Virus record (IMG/VR): IMGVR_UViG_3300038679_000357
Span: 1 to 64,000 of that record
Strand: one strand, 5' to 3'
DNA: 64,000 nucleotides
From: a virus
Taxonomy: Duplodnaviria > Caudoviricetes
In this document: positions 1 to 9,409 of the stretch, in pieces
Numbering within the stretch: the stretch's first letter is position 1
Layout of the letters: each line of letters opens with the position of its first letter
The notes under the pieces: generated by a model
What the model saw: only the letters and a program-made list of their open reading frames with translations
Told to the model about the DNA's origin: nothing
Databases searched by the model: none
Program-made: the position numbers and the translations under genes

Positions 1-97
1 TCAATCACCCAAACGCAATATTTCACCATAACCCACCCCCTTGCTAACTCTTTCTTCGTTAAGAGGAAAACGCCCTTGGATGAGCGTAAAGGAGATC

Positions 98-517
98 ATG
101 GAAAGCAATATTGAAAAGCTATTTTCTGCTGGCGGAATGGCAATGCTGTGCGGAATATTAAACGTCGTCGCACTCACAGTCTGCGTGAAACTTTCTAATC
201 CAAATTTAGAATTGGCCATCCTACTTTCAGTAGCGGCATTTGCTCCCGTTATCGAAGAAAGCATGAGGTTGATTTCGACGAAGATTGGCAACCAACTATT
301 TTTCACAATTATGTTATGCGCTCTTGAGTCGGCGCTCAACTTTTCAGCAAGCTATCATATGGTCTTCAGAATCATTCCAACTATCATGCATGTCTGCTGC
401 CTACTGATTATCCAGAGTGCCTTTAGAAGAGGCAAAAGATGGATTCCAATAGGCTTTTTAATCACTCTCGTAATTCATTCCGGATATAATTCAATAATAT
501 ATTGCCTCACTTCTTGA
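98..517 (+). CDS. PrsW-like intramembrane metalloprotease
   Basis: Hydrophobic ORF with APVIEESMR, xMHV and HSGYN motifs; AAGGAG SD before ATG 98. Confidence 0.6.
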   Translation: MESNIEKLFSAGGMAMLCGILNVVALTVCVKLSNPNLELAILLSVAAFAPVIEESMRLISTKIGNQLFFTIMLCALESALNFSASYHMVFRIIPTIMHVCCLLIIQSAFRRGKRWIPIGFLITLVIHSGYNSIIYCLTS

Positions 518-600
518 AAACTCAAAGGTTCTAGCCACATTCCTATTGAATCGATATGATTCACACACCCCTAATTCAACGAAGGAGAGGTAGTCTATCT

Positions 601-1722
601 ATGAATGACATTGGATCGGAACAAGAAGAAAATTCGGAGAATCATGAAGAACCTCCGCCTAGTTGGGCGGATTGGAAATGGCAACTCAAAAACAGAATCA
701 GAAACATCAATACGTTGAAGAAATCATTCCCCAACATCCCCGATCCAGAAGGTATCACGGCTGCCTTACAAACCTTTCCAATGGCGATAACGCCATACTA
801 TGCATCACTCATACGCAACCTATCATATACTGATCCAATTTTTGCCATGTCAATTCCAAACAGGGCAGAAACCATGGATCAGGCATTGCTCACTGACGAC
901 CCCCTGGGAGAAATCCACGATACTGTTGTGCCCCACCTTGTTCACAGATATCAAGATCGGGCACTACTTATTGCCACAGGGAAATGTGCTATGTATTGCC
1001 GACACTGCACACGTAAGCGTCTCGCAGGAAAAGATGAGCGACCCATCTCCAATGGAGATCTTGAAGGAGCTGTTGATTACATCAGGAAACATCCTGAGAT
1101 ACACGATGTTGTTATTTCTGGCGGAGACCCTCTCACTCTGGAAACAGAAGATATCGTCAGAATCGTAGGTGCGGTGCGATCTGTTGAATCCGTCGATATC
1201 ATACGGATAGGGACGCGCACTCCAGTTACGATGCCAATGAGAATCGATAAAAAGCTGTGCGAGGCGCTCGCTCAGTTTCACCCACTGTGGATCAATACGC
1301 ATTTCAATCATCCGGTAGAAATGACTTGGGAAGCTATGCAGGCGTGCAAAATGCTTGCTGATCACGGTTTCCCTATCGGAAATCAAAGTGTTCTCTTAAA
1401 AGGCGTCAATGACAGTCCACAGATAATGATGGAACTGTGTCGAAACCTGGTAAAAAACAGAGTAAGACCATACTATCTTTATCAATGCGACTTGGTATAC
1501 GGCGTCGAACACTTCAGAACAGACTTGGAGACTGGTCTAGGTATCATGGAAGCACTTCGAGGACGACTTAGTGGTCTAGCCATCCCAACATTCGTTATTG
1601 ATGCACCTGATGGAGGCGGAAAGATCCCCATTCTGCCAGACTACATTAAATCACTTGAGGGAAATGTTTTGAAGATGCGGAACTTTGAAGGGAAGGACTG
1701 CGAATACGCCTTCCCGGCATAA
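601..1722 (+). CDS. kamA: KamA-family radical SAM lysine 2,3-aminomutase
   Basis: CAMYCRHCTRKR, SGGDPL, RIGTRTPV, NQSVLLKGVND, PYYLYQCD, DAPDGGGKIP. Confidence 0.9.
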   Translation: MNDIGSEQEENSENHEEPPPSWADWKWQLKNRIRNINTLKKSFPNIPDPEGITAALQTFPMAITPYYASLIRNLSYTDPIFAMSIPNRAETMDQALLTDDPLGEIHDTVVPHLVHRYQDRALLIATGKCAMYCRHCTRKRLAGKDERPISNGDLEGAVDYIRKHPEIHDVVISGGDPLTLETEDIVRIVGAVRSVESVDIIRIGTRTPVTMPMRIDKKLCEALAQFHPLWINTHFNHPVEMTWEAMQACKMLADHGFPIGNQSVLLKGVNDSPQIMMELCRNLVKNRVRPYYLYQCDLVYGVEHFRTDLETGLGIMEALRGRLSGLAIPTFVIDAPDGGGKIPILPDYIKSLEGNVLKMRNFEGKDCEYAFPA

Positions 1723-1794
1723 TGATCCCCAATTAAACGCAAAAGGTCCAGGAAATTCCTGGACCTTTTTCTTTGCTGCAATAAATCCATCAAA

Positions 1795-2145
1795 CTACAG
1801 CCCAACCAAATCTAGTTGCACGCATATACCAGACGGATGGTTGCCGGACGAAAACATTGCGAGAATCTCATCATACGACTTTTCTGAACTCTTGGCATTC
1901 AACTCACAGATATAAGTGACAACCGATTGTCCTCGCTCCACTGCCGAATAGAATTTGCCATATGTTTTTTCCACATCACTATAAAAATTCGAACAATGAT
2001 TCTGTCCGAAATCGTTGCCAATGTAATCTGAGATGAGGCGTCTATGTAAGTGTTTCAGGTCATTGGCGAGTACGACTTGGCAAACCTTAACGGGGCTCTC
2101 TTGATGCTCCACACAAGATAGATATTCAATATAGAAACTTTTCAT
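1795..2145 (-). CDS. hypothetical protein
   Basis: 116 aa ORF with AGGAG SD. Confidence 0.6.
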   Translation of the reverse strand: MKSFYIEYLSCVEHQESPVKVCQVVLANDLKHLHRRLISDYIGNDFGQNHCSNFYSDVEKTYGKFYSAVERGQSVVTYICELNAKSSEKSYDEILAMFSSGNHPSGICVQLDLVGL

Positions 2146-2230
2146 TTTTGTTCTCCTATGTATCGATGAGAATTAAGAGAATAATGTATATTGATTTTTA
2201 CTATTGTCAAGCAGAATGTTAATGTTCATC

Positions 2231-2305
2231 TGGCAGGTCCGCCCAGCTACGATCTGGGATCAAGGTTTTTGGAGAACCTCATGCTACCAATTACACCACG
2301 GACCT
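2231..2305 (-). tRNA. tRNA-Trp(CCA), atypical T-loop AUCGUAG
   Basis: Stem AGGTT/AACCT, loop CTCCAAA, encoded CCA. Confidence 0.85.
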
Positions 2306-2306
2306 A

Positions 2307-2873
2307 CTATATCAAACCGTATGCCAGCGCCCATTTCCTGATAGCCTTATCGGAAACGCCATGCATATCAGCAATACAAACCTTGGTGTATTTAGATAGC
2401 ATTTCCGCCAACTCTTCTTTTGATGGACGCCTAATCTTTCTTGATTTCAAACAAGCACATTTTACCGAACAATATTTGCGTTTAGAGTAAATCGGAACTA
2501 CAAATCCAGTTCCGCAATATTTACAACTTCTAGTTTCTTCTATCTTCACTCGCTGATCATAATCTGAATATCTTTCATCAAAAATCGCATATGATTCGGG
2601 AAGAGCACGAAAATCATTATGAAACTCTCTATGACATAGACAGCAAATCAACACGCACTTTCTCAATTCATCAACGATCTTACTCCATGCGGTGCAGTGC
2701 GAAGTAAGCTGACTTATGGTGTGCTCTTTTTCTTTTGGATCAAGATGGTGAAGTTCTAATGCCTCATTACACAGAAAATAGTGACAGCAAATACACGAAC
2801 CACCCATTGATAATACGATCCTGTTTTTTGTTTCTGATCTCCACTTCTTTACTCTTTCTGACGACATTGACAT
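2307..2873 (-). CDS. HNH homing endonuclease
   Basis: CxCC..LELHHLDP..CVLICCLCHREFH; C-terminal Zn/HTH; ends TAG TAG. Confidence 0.8.
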   Translation of the reverse strand: MSMSSERVKKWRSETKNRIVLSMGGSCICCHYFLCNEALELHHLDPKEKEHTISQLTSHCTAWSKIVDELRKCVLICCLCHREFHNDFRALPESYAIFDERYSDYDQRVKIEETRSCKYCGTGFVVPIYSKRKYCSVKCACLKSRKIRRPSKEELAEMLSKYTKVCIADMHGVSDKAIRKWALAYGLI

Positions 2874-2939
2874 CGAACCACCTCTGCTGAATTACGCATT
2901 TCATCAGTAATTCAACAGAGAGTTCGACAACTCCTCTTC

Positions 2940-3016
2940 TGGCGGAATTGACCGGGCTCGAACCGGCGACCTTCGCAGTGACAGTGCGACGTTCTAACCA
3001 ACTGAACTACAATTCC
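2940..3016 (-). tRNA. tRNA-Asp(GTC)
   Basis: Canonical cloverleaf, loop CTGTCAC, CCA. Confidence 0.95.
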
Positions 3017-3019
3017 TTA

Positions 3020-3101
3020 TGGCTCCCGAGGAGGGACTCGAACCCCCAAGCTTTACGCGCCAAATTAACAGTTTGGTGCCTTACCATTAGGCTACTCGGG
3101 A
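3020..3101 (-). tRNA. tRNA-Asn(GTT) with 12-nt variable arm
   Basis: CCAAA-CTGTTAA-TTTGG, variable region CGCGTAAAGCTT, CCA. Confidence 0.9.
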
Positions 3102-3105
3102 ACGA

Positions 3106-3141
3106 AAACGAAAAAGCCCCAAACCTTGCGGCTTGGGGCTC
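3106..3141 (-). terminator. intrinsic terminator of attenuator 1
   Basis: GCCCCAAGCC-GCAA-GGTTTGGGGC followed by TTTTTCGTTTT, just upstream of tRNA-Asn. Confidence 0.85.
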
Positions 3142-3161
3142 GAAATCCTAAAATCAGACCT

Positions 3162-3236
3162 TCAGGAACGAACAACCAGCCGCGAGGACGTATTATCGTC
3201 CGCGTCACGCCAGTTATTATCATTCTTGAAGCTCAT
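3162..3236 (-). CDS. Asn/Asp/Trp-rich leader peptide MSFKNDNNWRDADDNTSSRLVVRS
   Basis: AAGGA SD 9 nt upstream; 24 codons; lies between promoter and terminator. Confidence 0.75.
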   Translation of the reverse strand: MSFKNDNNWRDADDNTSSRLVVRS

Positions 3237-3275
3237 GATTTGTTATCCTTGTTGATTTTGTCTACTCTGAGTATA

Positions 3276-3304
3276 AATATACGATCATTCTTTTAGGATA
3301 TCAA
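3276..3304 (-). promoter_or_regulatory. sigma70-type promoter TTGATA-N17-TATATT
   Basis: Same hexamers and spacing at 11899-11927 and 36710-36738. Confidence 0.8.
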
Positions 3305-3312
3305 CTGAGAAA

Positions 3313-4353
3313 TCAATTTTTTTTGCGTCCCATTTTTTTCTCATGAAATTTTTGGCGAAGTCGATCAAACTTTTCCCTTAAATCTACGCGCTGTTCAGGC
3401 GACATTCTATCAATCATAGAGACAAACGGCTTGGTTGACTTGAGGGTATTTTTGTGCCCTTCAAAAATTGAATCACAAAACTTGGAGATCTTATCTTCAT
3501 GCATGAAGAACAGATCCATGTCTTCGATCTCCAGCCCGCAAATAGTTTTCCATACTTGAGGAAGGTACACTACATCTACGCCAAATGGCTCTGCCTTTCC
3601 ATCCACAATGACGTACAGAAAGTTTGTGTCTTCGACTTGCCTGACCTCAGCACGCTGCACTCTAAATGGATGTTTGATACCTACTTCAAGCGCAGCCTGG
3701 AAAAGATCAAATGGCGGCTCGACAGACAGTGTCGCTTCATCATGAAGGATAGATACAATATCATCTTCTGACATACCCTTATTAACGCAGACGTCGAGAA
3801 TACTCTCTATGACGTTCCGTTCCAAAAATTGCTGATGCTGTGTATTAAGGTTCCCAAACACTACATTCCTCAAGTGTTTCGACTTAACGACATACCCAAG
3901 AAGAGAAAAGGTAGATGCCCACGCTTCATAACTTGGCGCATGCAAAAAAATCTCTGGATAAGGCACGGCAATCGAATGGAAATCAGCCTTCACAAGATCA
4001 ATTTTCCAAAAAGTCTGTCCAACTGAGTCGTGATTGACGAACCCTTTTTTCTTCTCCCGCCTGGAATAACAGTGTCCAATTAATTTCTGACCCCATCGCT
4101 CAGCAAATAACGGATGTTCTTTCACGGATTTTACCATCCGCGTCATGGTATCATTTTTATGAGCCAACAACTCTTTTTCCCCGCCACATTTCTCAACACC
4201 ATGTTCAGCCAATTCAATGGCGGTGACGATATCATATAATCCGTTAAAAATATGCACGTAATATTCAAAATATGGACTATGATAAATAGGAAGTTTAATG
4301 TTGGCATTCTTACAGGCGTAACGACGCATGTCAACCGACAGATTTGTGCTCAT
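3313..4353 (-). CDS. hypothetical protein, weak polymerase-like motifs
   Basis: 346 aa ORF; IDLVKADF, RNVVFG, ILHDE. Confidence 0.65.
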   Translation of the reverse strand: MSTNLSVDMRRYACKNANIKLPIYHSPYFEYYVHIFNGLYDIVTAIELAEHGVEKCGGEKELLAHKNDTMTRMVKSVKEHPLFAERWGQKLIGHCYSRREKKKGFVNHDSVGQTFWKIDLVKADFHSIAVPYPEIFLHAPSYEAWASTFSLLGYVVKSKHLRNVVFGNLNTQHQQFLERNVIESILDVCVNKGMSEDDIVSILHDEATLSVEPPFDLFQAALEVGIKHPFRVQRAEVRQVEDTNFLYVIVDGKAEPFGVDVVYLPQVWKTICGLEIEDMDLFFMHEDKISKFCDSIFEGHKNTLKSTKPFVSMIDRMSPEQRVDLREKFDRLRQKFHEKKMGRKKN

Positions 4354-4377
4354 CAGAATTTTTCCTGTGTGATCTGA

Positions 4378-4623
4378 TTAGCTAATGGCGGAAAACTCAA
4401 ATTCCATGTCGAAGTTTTCAGTTATTCGCCGACGGACACACTTAGCTTCTTTCACGCCGAGAAGAGTTTTCGCGACCTCCGCGACCTCATTCTCAGCATG
4501 ATTCTTTTCAAAGAAGGTGTTTCTCATTATATGTACCATCCCGCCTTTGTCAATCTTGATGATACATTTTTGACCGTGTCGGTCAGCTTTGATGTGTTGC
4601 CTCAACACCGACATATTCCTCAA
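4378..4623 (-). CDS. hypothetical protein
   Basis: 81 aa ORF in operon. Confidence 0.5.
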   Translation of the reverse strand: MRNMSVLRQHIKADRHGQKCIIKIDKGGMVHIMRNTFFEKNHAENEVAEVAKTLLGVKEAKCVRRRITENFDMEFEFSAIS

Positions 4624-4921
4624 TAAAACTTACGATTTGTGATTGACTGCGAAAACCAATAAAAGACCCAATTTTCACGCCATCTTTGAAGAGATGAACT
4701 GATGGAACTGCAGAAATGGACATTGACTTTGCAATTTCAAAACAATTTTCGACATCCGCCTTAAATATCTTAACCCCAGCTCCATCAAAAAATTGCCCCA
4801 TTTTATCCATAACCATAGACAACGCCCGACACGGAGCACACCCTTTCGAATAGAAATCAACCAATACAGTTCCTTGCCTAACTACAGTTTCGAAATCAGA
4901 TGATTTTGTTATCTCATTCAT
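4583..4921 (-). CDS. trxA: thioredoxin
   Basis: VDFYSKGCAPC, SAVPS cis-Pro motif. Confidence 0.9.
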   Translation of the reverse strand: MNEITKSSDFETVVRQGTVLVDFYSKGCAPCRALSMVMDKMGQFFDGAGVKIFKADVENCFEIAKSMSISAVPSVHLFKDGVKIGSFIGFRSQSQIVSFIEEYVGVEATHQS

Positions 4922-5170
4922 ACGCTCTCTCTTCCTTCTCTCGTTGTCCGTTTCATGGAAATAAAACTCTCTCTCGTCGGACGGAATAATCTATTGAAGA
5001 TATGCCGCTAGACGAGTGGTTCAACTACGTCCAGGTGAAAAATGTAGAGGGGTCTCCACCAGACTCCCATATGGTATTTCCGGGATACATAACGCACCCT
5101 TTAGTGTTATATGTTTCCTCACCTCATACCGCCGTCACCATCCTACTTCCTCTCCCATTTTAAGAATAAA

Positions 5171-5204
5171 AAAGCCGGTTCCAGAATGAACTGAAACCGG
5201 CTTT
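5171..5204. terminator. terminator hairpin
   Basis: AAAGCCGGTT...AACCGGCTTT with A/T tracts, directly after RNR. Confidence 0.7.
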
Positions 5205-5217
5205 CTTCAACATCTAC

Positions 5218-7203
5218 TCAGAATTTCGTCTGGGTACCGTCGTCCAACATTGTAGGTGGTTCTGACCTAACGATATCTACCTCTTCGCATTTGCCTCCAG
5301 AACAAGCCAATTCCTTATAGCCGATCAATGCAGAATCATCGACTTCGTACGCCTTCAGTAGCGACCAGTCTACTTCCTTCGGCATCTTTGTTACGGCAAG
5401 CTCATACTGTTCCTCAGTAATCTCCTGATATGGAGCCTGACGATAAGTATGTCCGGAATACGGGAGGAAGGCAATACCGCTTATCTCATCAAAGTTACGG
5501 TATACCCACGCTCCAACATCGAGCCATTCATGATCCTTAATGTGAATTGTCACGCTGGGCTTATGTTCAGTCCAATGCTTCTGATAAATTTTCCACAGCT
5601 CAAGTTGATCAAGTGCGCAAACATCATCGGTAACAACCGCCTCCTTAGCAGCACGTTCAGGGAAGCTGAACACATAATTGTGTTCTGGTTTGGTCACGTC
5701 AAGCTCATACGGGAAGCCAAGATCCACCATGAGCTTTGCCAACGGATCTTTTTTGTCGGCACGTACAGTGCGAATATAAAAATGACTGAAACGAGGATGT
5801 ATACCGGAGGCACAATTCACAAGCTGTGACACTGTACCAGATGGCTTCACACAAGTGATAGCAACAGATGGATTGATCCCCAGAATCTTGGCGAATTCTT
5901 TATTAATCGCCACGGCATACAACCGCAACTCATCCAACGTATCGGTCAACTTCTTCTTTCCATCGCGACCAGAAGTCAATGAGTTATCCATGATTCCTGT
6001 CATGGAAACGCCAAGAAGACGCTCTTCCTCTGCGTTTTCTTTCCATTTTGGACGAAGATACCGGAAATTCGTCATCGTTGATTGAACGGTGCCAATAATC
6101 GTCGCCAGGCGGACTTTACGCTTTAGATCTTCAGCAGTATCACCACTCCTGACAACCACCTCAGATAAATTACAGAATCCACAGGAACGGAGTACGATTT
6201 CGCTGCAGGGATTACTTCCGAACTCATGATTCGGATCACGACGACCATACTTCTCGATGTTTTTCTTTGCGGCAGTACGATTGAAAATCCCTCGTTCTCC
6301 AGACTTTGAATCCATGAGGGCAAGCCATTCTCGCATGAATCGATCACATTCAGGCTTTTCAGTATAGCAAGCGCTGTTGTTTGACATTGCTCGTTGTGGA
6401 TTCTCCTTCCACCATTCACCACTTTTTGCATAACGCATACGATCGTCAGACGGATTTGATAAAGAGATAAGAGCACTACGACGAACACCGCCAACAACAA
6501 CAATTTCGCCGATCTTGCAGCAAATATCGTGACACTCAATTGAGTTCAACTTTCTGGAAGTCGCCTGTTTGAATGTATGAGTGATGAATCTGAACAGTTC
6601 GAGCAATGGTCCAGGTCCAGATGCACGTCCACCAAAGGTCTTCAAACGGGCTCCAGCAGGACGAACGGAGGAAACGTCAAACTGAGGAATGCGCCCCTGA
6701 TACAACATGCTGATCAATTCACGCAAAGCATTCGCCCATCCAATCTTTGAGTCCTCCACGACAATCATCGTCTTTGACTCTCTGAGTTTTTCCGGAATGA
6801 CCGGCAATTTGTCAATGAACTGACGCTCTACAGAAAATCCAACCCCTGCGCCGCACATAAGAACATAAAGAATTTCATCAAAGGCGACTTGATCGTCAAT
6901 AGCGCAGTAAGAACAGTTATATCCGGCGACTTGGTCCTTCGCCAATGCCGAACCGGCTGTCATCAAACAGCGCATTGAAGGCATTACATCCAATTTGAGG
7001 ATAGCTTTTCTGACTTCGTCTTTATATTCATTCAGTTTTCCGCCACATTGCGTGTTGAACATATAGTCAATATAGCGATCAACTGTTTCAACCCACGTTT
7101 CCCGCCTACCAGCCTCATCCTCCCATCTCGCATATCTCGATAGGTGAATGAACTCCTGATAAAGTGTGGGAAATCCATTTTCTACGTGGGGAAGACTAGA
7201 CAT
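5218..7203 (-). CDS. nrdJ: class II (B12-dependent) ribonucleotide reductase
   Basis: YNCSY, TFGGRASGP, GSNPCSEI, CVKPSGT, EHKPS, C-terminal CSGGKC; no beta subunit nearby. Confidence 0.9.
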   Translation of the reverse strand: MSSLPHVENGFPTLYQEFIHLSRYARWEDEAGRRETWVETVDRYIDYMFNTQCGGKLNEYKDEVRKAILKLDVMPSMRCLMTAGSALAKDQVAGYNCSYCAIDDQVAFDEILYVLMCGAGVGFSVERQFIDKLPVIPEKLRESKTMIVVEDSKIGWANALRELISMLYQGRIPQFDVSSVRPAGARLKTFGGRASGPGPLLELFRFITHTFKQATSRKLNSIECHDICCKIGEIVVVGGVRRSALISLSNPSDDRMRYAKSGEWWKENPQRAMSNNSACYTEKPECDRFMREWLALMDSKSGERGIFNRTAAKKNIEKYGRRDPNHEFGSNPCSEIVLRSCGFCNLSEVVVRSGDTAEDLKRKVRLATIIGTVQSTMTNFRYLRPKWKENAEEERLLGVSMTGIMDNSLTSGRDGKKKLTDTLDELRLYAVAINKEFAKILGINPSVAITCVKPSGTVSQLVNCASGIHPRFSHFYIRTVRADKKDPLAKLMVDLGFPYELDVTKPEHNYVFSFPERAAKEAVVTDDVCALDQLELWKIYQKHWTEHKPSVTIHIKDHEWLDVGAWVYRNFDEISGIAFLPYSGHTYRQAPYQEITEEQYELAVTKMPKEVDWSLLKAYEVDDSALIGYKELACSGGKCEEVDIVRSEPPTMLDDGTQTKF

Positions 7204-7386
7204 TGCATAACCTCTCTTTGTTGATTAATATGGCAACTCGGTCGGTTGCCTTTACAGGATTCGCCATTTTCAGGCTTTCGTCCTGTTTTTATGGGAAGTT
7301 TCCTCATACACCTCTGACACAAAATCATTTCAATAAAGATACCCGAACGGGAAGATCATTCAAGAGCAAGTGAACGAAAATCAAAT

Positions 7387-7878
7387 TCACGATACAACTC
7401 TCACTTTAACACCCGCCTCAGCCAGCATCTCTAACGCTGTACCGCATGAATCCGCCCAACGCTCTGGATACTCAAGAGAAGATAGAATAATTTCCTTAAT
7501 CCCAGCCTGAATAATTGCCCTGGCGCAATCAGAGCACGGAGGAAGACTATTTACGTATAAACGACAATCTTTTGTCGCAATTCCCACCCTGGCACAGTTA
7601 TAGATCGCGTTTCGTTCTGCGTGCTCAAACCACTTGTATTTTTCTGGACGCTGATACCGCTCAGCCACATCGTCATATACGCCTCGTGGCATGCCATTAT
7701 AACCATTCCCTCGGATTTCATTGTCGGGACCGACAATCACACATCCTACCTTGGTGGAATCATCTTTTGATTTACTGGCAACAACATCGCAAATTGCCAT
7801 GAAATAATGATCCCATCGGGAAATTGAGCTTGATTGCCCTTCAACCTGTTGATTACTTGCGCATACTTGCTCTGACAT
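7387..7878 (-). CDS. dCMP deaminase
   Basis: GYNGMPRG, HAERNAI, PPCSDC; start trimmed to MSEQ downstream of the tRNA. Confidence 0.9.
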   Translation of the reverse strand: MSEQVCASNQQVEGQSSSISRWDHYFMAICDVVASKSKDDSTKVGCVIVGPDNEIRGNGYNGMPRGVYDDVAERYQRPEKYKWFEHAERNAIYNCARVGIATKDCRLYVNSLPPCSDCARAIIQAGIKEIILSSLEYPERWADSCGTALEMLAEAGVKVRVVS

Positions 7879-7910
7879 TGACGTTTCTCTCTTTTTGAGT
7901 TGCAAAAATA

Positions 7911-7987
7911 TGGTGCGAACGGTTGGACTCGAACCAACGACGACCTGCATGTCGAGCAGGCATTCTAGCCAACTGAATTACGTCCGC
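7911..7987 (-). tRNA. tRNA-Val(GAC), C33
   Basis: CCTGC-TCGACAT-GCAGG. Confidence 0.9.
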
Positions 7988-7990
7988 ATA

Positions 7991-8135
7991 GTGCCACGCT
8001 AGGACGTGGCTGGCAAACCCCTCTCCTGCGATGATGGCTTCGCAGGCGTTCGCTTTCTCTCTGGCGATCTTGTGCAGAGAGCTACACCACCGTTGGTCGC
8101 GGTCCAATCAATTATCCGCAACTTGCCGGTGCGCA
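7991..8135 (-). ncRNA. unassigned multi-hairpin structured RNA
   Basis: CTCTCTG/CAGAGAG, CCTGCGA/TCGCAGG, GCCACG/CGTGGC, GGCAAG/TTTGCC stems between two tRNAs. Confidence 0.5.
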
Positions 8136-8136
8136 A

Positions 8137-8226
8137 TGGAGGAAGAAAGGGGATTTGAACCCCTGGGTCCCAAAAGGGACCTTCAGTTTTCGAAACTGAC
8201 GCCTTAAACCGCTCAGCCATTCTTCC
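8137..8226 (-). tRNA. tRNA-Ser(CGA)
   Basis: TCAGT-TTCGAAA-ACTGA, long variable arm, CCA. Confidence 0.95.
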
Positions 8227-8298
8227 GTGTCAGTGATACCCGGTAGAGTATCCACACTTTCTATACGTTAGATTCCTCTACGTTAATTATCAAGTAGT
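8226..8298 (-). repeat. ~70 bp repeat, copy 1 (copy 2 ~33040-33110), putative tRNA promoter/leader
   Basis: Near-identical gtgtca.tgatac.cggtagagtatccacactttcta.acgttagattcctct.cgtt.att.tcaagt. Confidence 0.8.
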
Positions 8299-8690
8299 AA
8301 ATCAGCTTCCTGAATCTTGAATTTCTGCCGCCAACCGCATCCAATCTTCTTTTCGATATGATTGTAGGAAGCGCAAACGAGCGTGCCGTCATGACTCATG
8401 CTGAAATACCATCCTCGGCATTTCGGACATTCGATCATGTTCTGACCGTACTGTCCGGAAGTATCGAGAATCAACTTCTCTTCGCTTTCCTCTATCGCTT
8501 TCTCTATGCTCTTGAATTCTTCGTGTCCGCACATCCTGCATCCTTGCGTGAAACTCCCACGGAGTCCTATAGGAAGAGCAGTTTCGGACGTCGGGATTCC
8601 CCGATATGCCGAGCCGCAGTTGGAACAATACATGGTGTATCCGTCATCCAGCTTGTCCTTCAATCCGCAAATGATATCGTCTTTGAGCAT
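8283..8690 (-). CDS. zinc-finger hypothetical protein
   Basis: Three CxxC pairs. Confidence 0.65.
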   Translation of the reverse strand: MLKDDIICGLKDKLDDGYTMYCSNCGSAYRGIPTSETALPIGLRGSFTQGCRMCGHEEFKSIEKAIEESEEKLILDTSGQYGQNMIECPKCRGWYFSMSHDGTLVCASYNHIEKKIGCGWRQKFKIQEADLLLDN

Positions 8691-8696
8691 TTTTTG

Positions 8697-9122
8697 TTAT
8701 TTCCTATGAACTACAACAAACCAATCCTGATCGAGAATCGGGGCTATGACCGCCCGGACATCGTTCCACAGTAATCCGCCATTTCCGCATCCAAGGGGCG
8801 GAAGATACAATTTCCCGGCAGAAAACATACGCAGCTCCTGGCACGATTGTTTGATCAGCTCGATCTTGGAATTTTCTTTCCAATCATCTTTAGTTGGGAT
8901 CGTTACGATACGATACTGAAGGAAGAAAAACACATGGTTTCCACTTTCTTTCAACTTGAATGCCAATTGTTTTGGCAGATTTGGGAAACGCTTAGCTGCA
9001 TCAAGCGCAATTCCTTTTCCCATAACAGCAGATCCATCGGACTTAACTACACCATTCGTTGTAACGCCGATCCAGTTTCCGGCATCGTAGATATCCCAAA
9101 GATTATCAACTTGCTCTTTCAC
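8697..9122 (-). CDS. macrodomain (ADP-ribose processing) protein
   Basis: TTNGVV..MGKGIALDAAKRFP, LGCGNGGL.W; GTG start after tRNA-Val. Confidence 0.85.
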   Translation of the reverse strand: MKEQVDNLWDIYDAGNWIGVTTNGVVKSDGSAVMGKGIALDAAKRFPNLPKQLAFKLKESGNHVFFFLQYRIVTIPTKDDWKENSKIELIKQSCQELRMFSAGKLYLPPLGCGNGGLLWNDVRAVIAPILDQDWFVVVHRK

Positions 9123-9148
9123 GATGATCTCCGATAGTATTATTGAAC

Positions 9149-9226
9149 TGGTAGACGGTGAGGGATTCGAACCCCCGACATTCTCGGTGTAAACGAGATG
9201 CTCTAACCGGGCTGAGCTAACCGTCC
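9149..9226 (-). tRNA. tRNA-Val(TAC)
   Basis: TCTCG-TTTACAC-CGAGA. Confidence 0.95.
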
Positions 9227-9229
9227 ATT

Positions 9230-9397
9230 TTAATCTTTCACGATCCAATTTAGTTTGTCAATCATGTCCGTGGTCAACACCTTGGAGCACTTGCGACAAA
9301 GCCATCCTGTCAATTCGCCGCTACGGATCTCGCGACGGATGCCGATGGCGTTCTTCATAACATGTCCACAATTGCATTTTATCGTGTACCATTTCAT
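9230..9397 (-). CDS. small Zn-binding protein
   Basis: MKWYTIKCNCG...WLCRKC. Confidence 0.5.
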   Translation of the reverse strand: MKWYTIKCNCGHVMKNAIGIRREIRSGELTGWLCRKCSKVLTTDMIDKLNWIVKD

Positions 9398-9409
9398 TTC
9401 TTTCTTCAT

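Noticed and set aside
7230-7310. Cobalamin riboswitch upstream of nrdJ
   Set aside because: Only two short hairpins; the B12-box consensus is absent.
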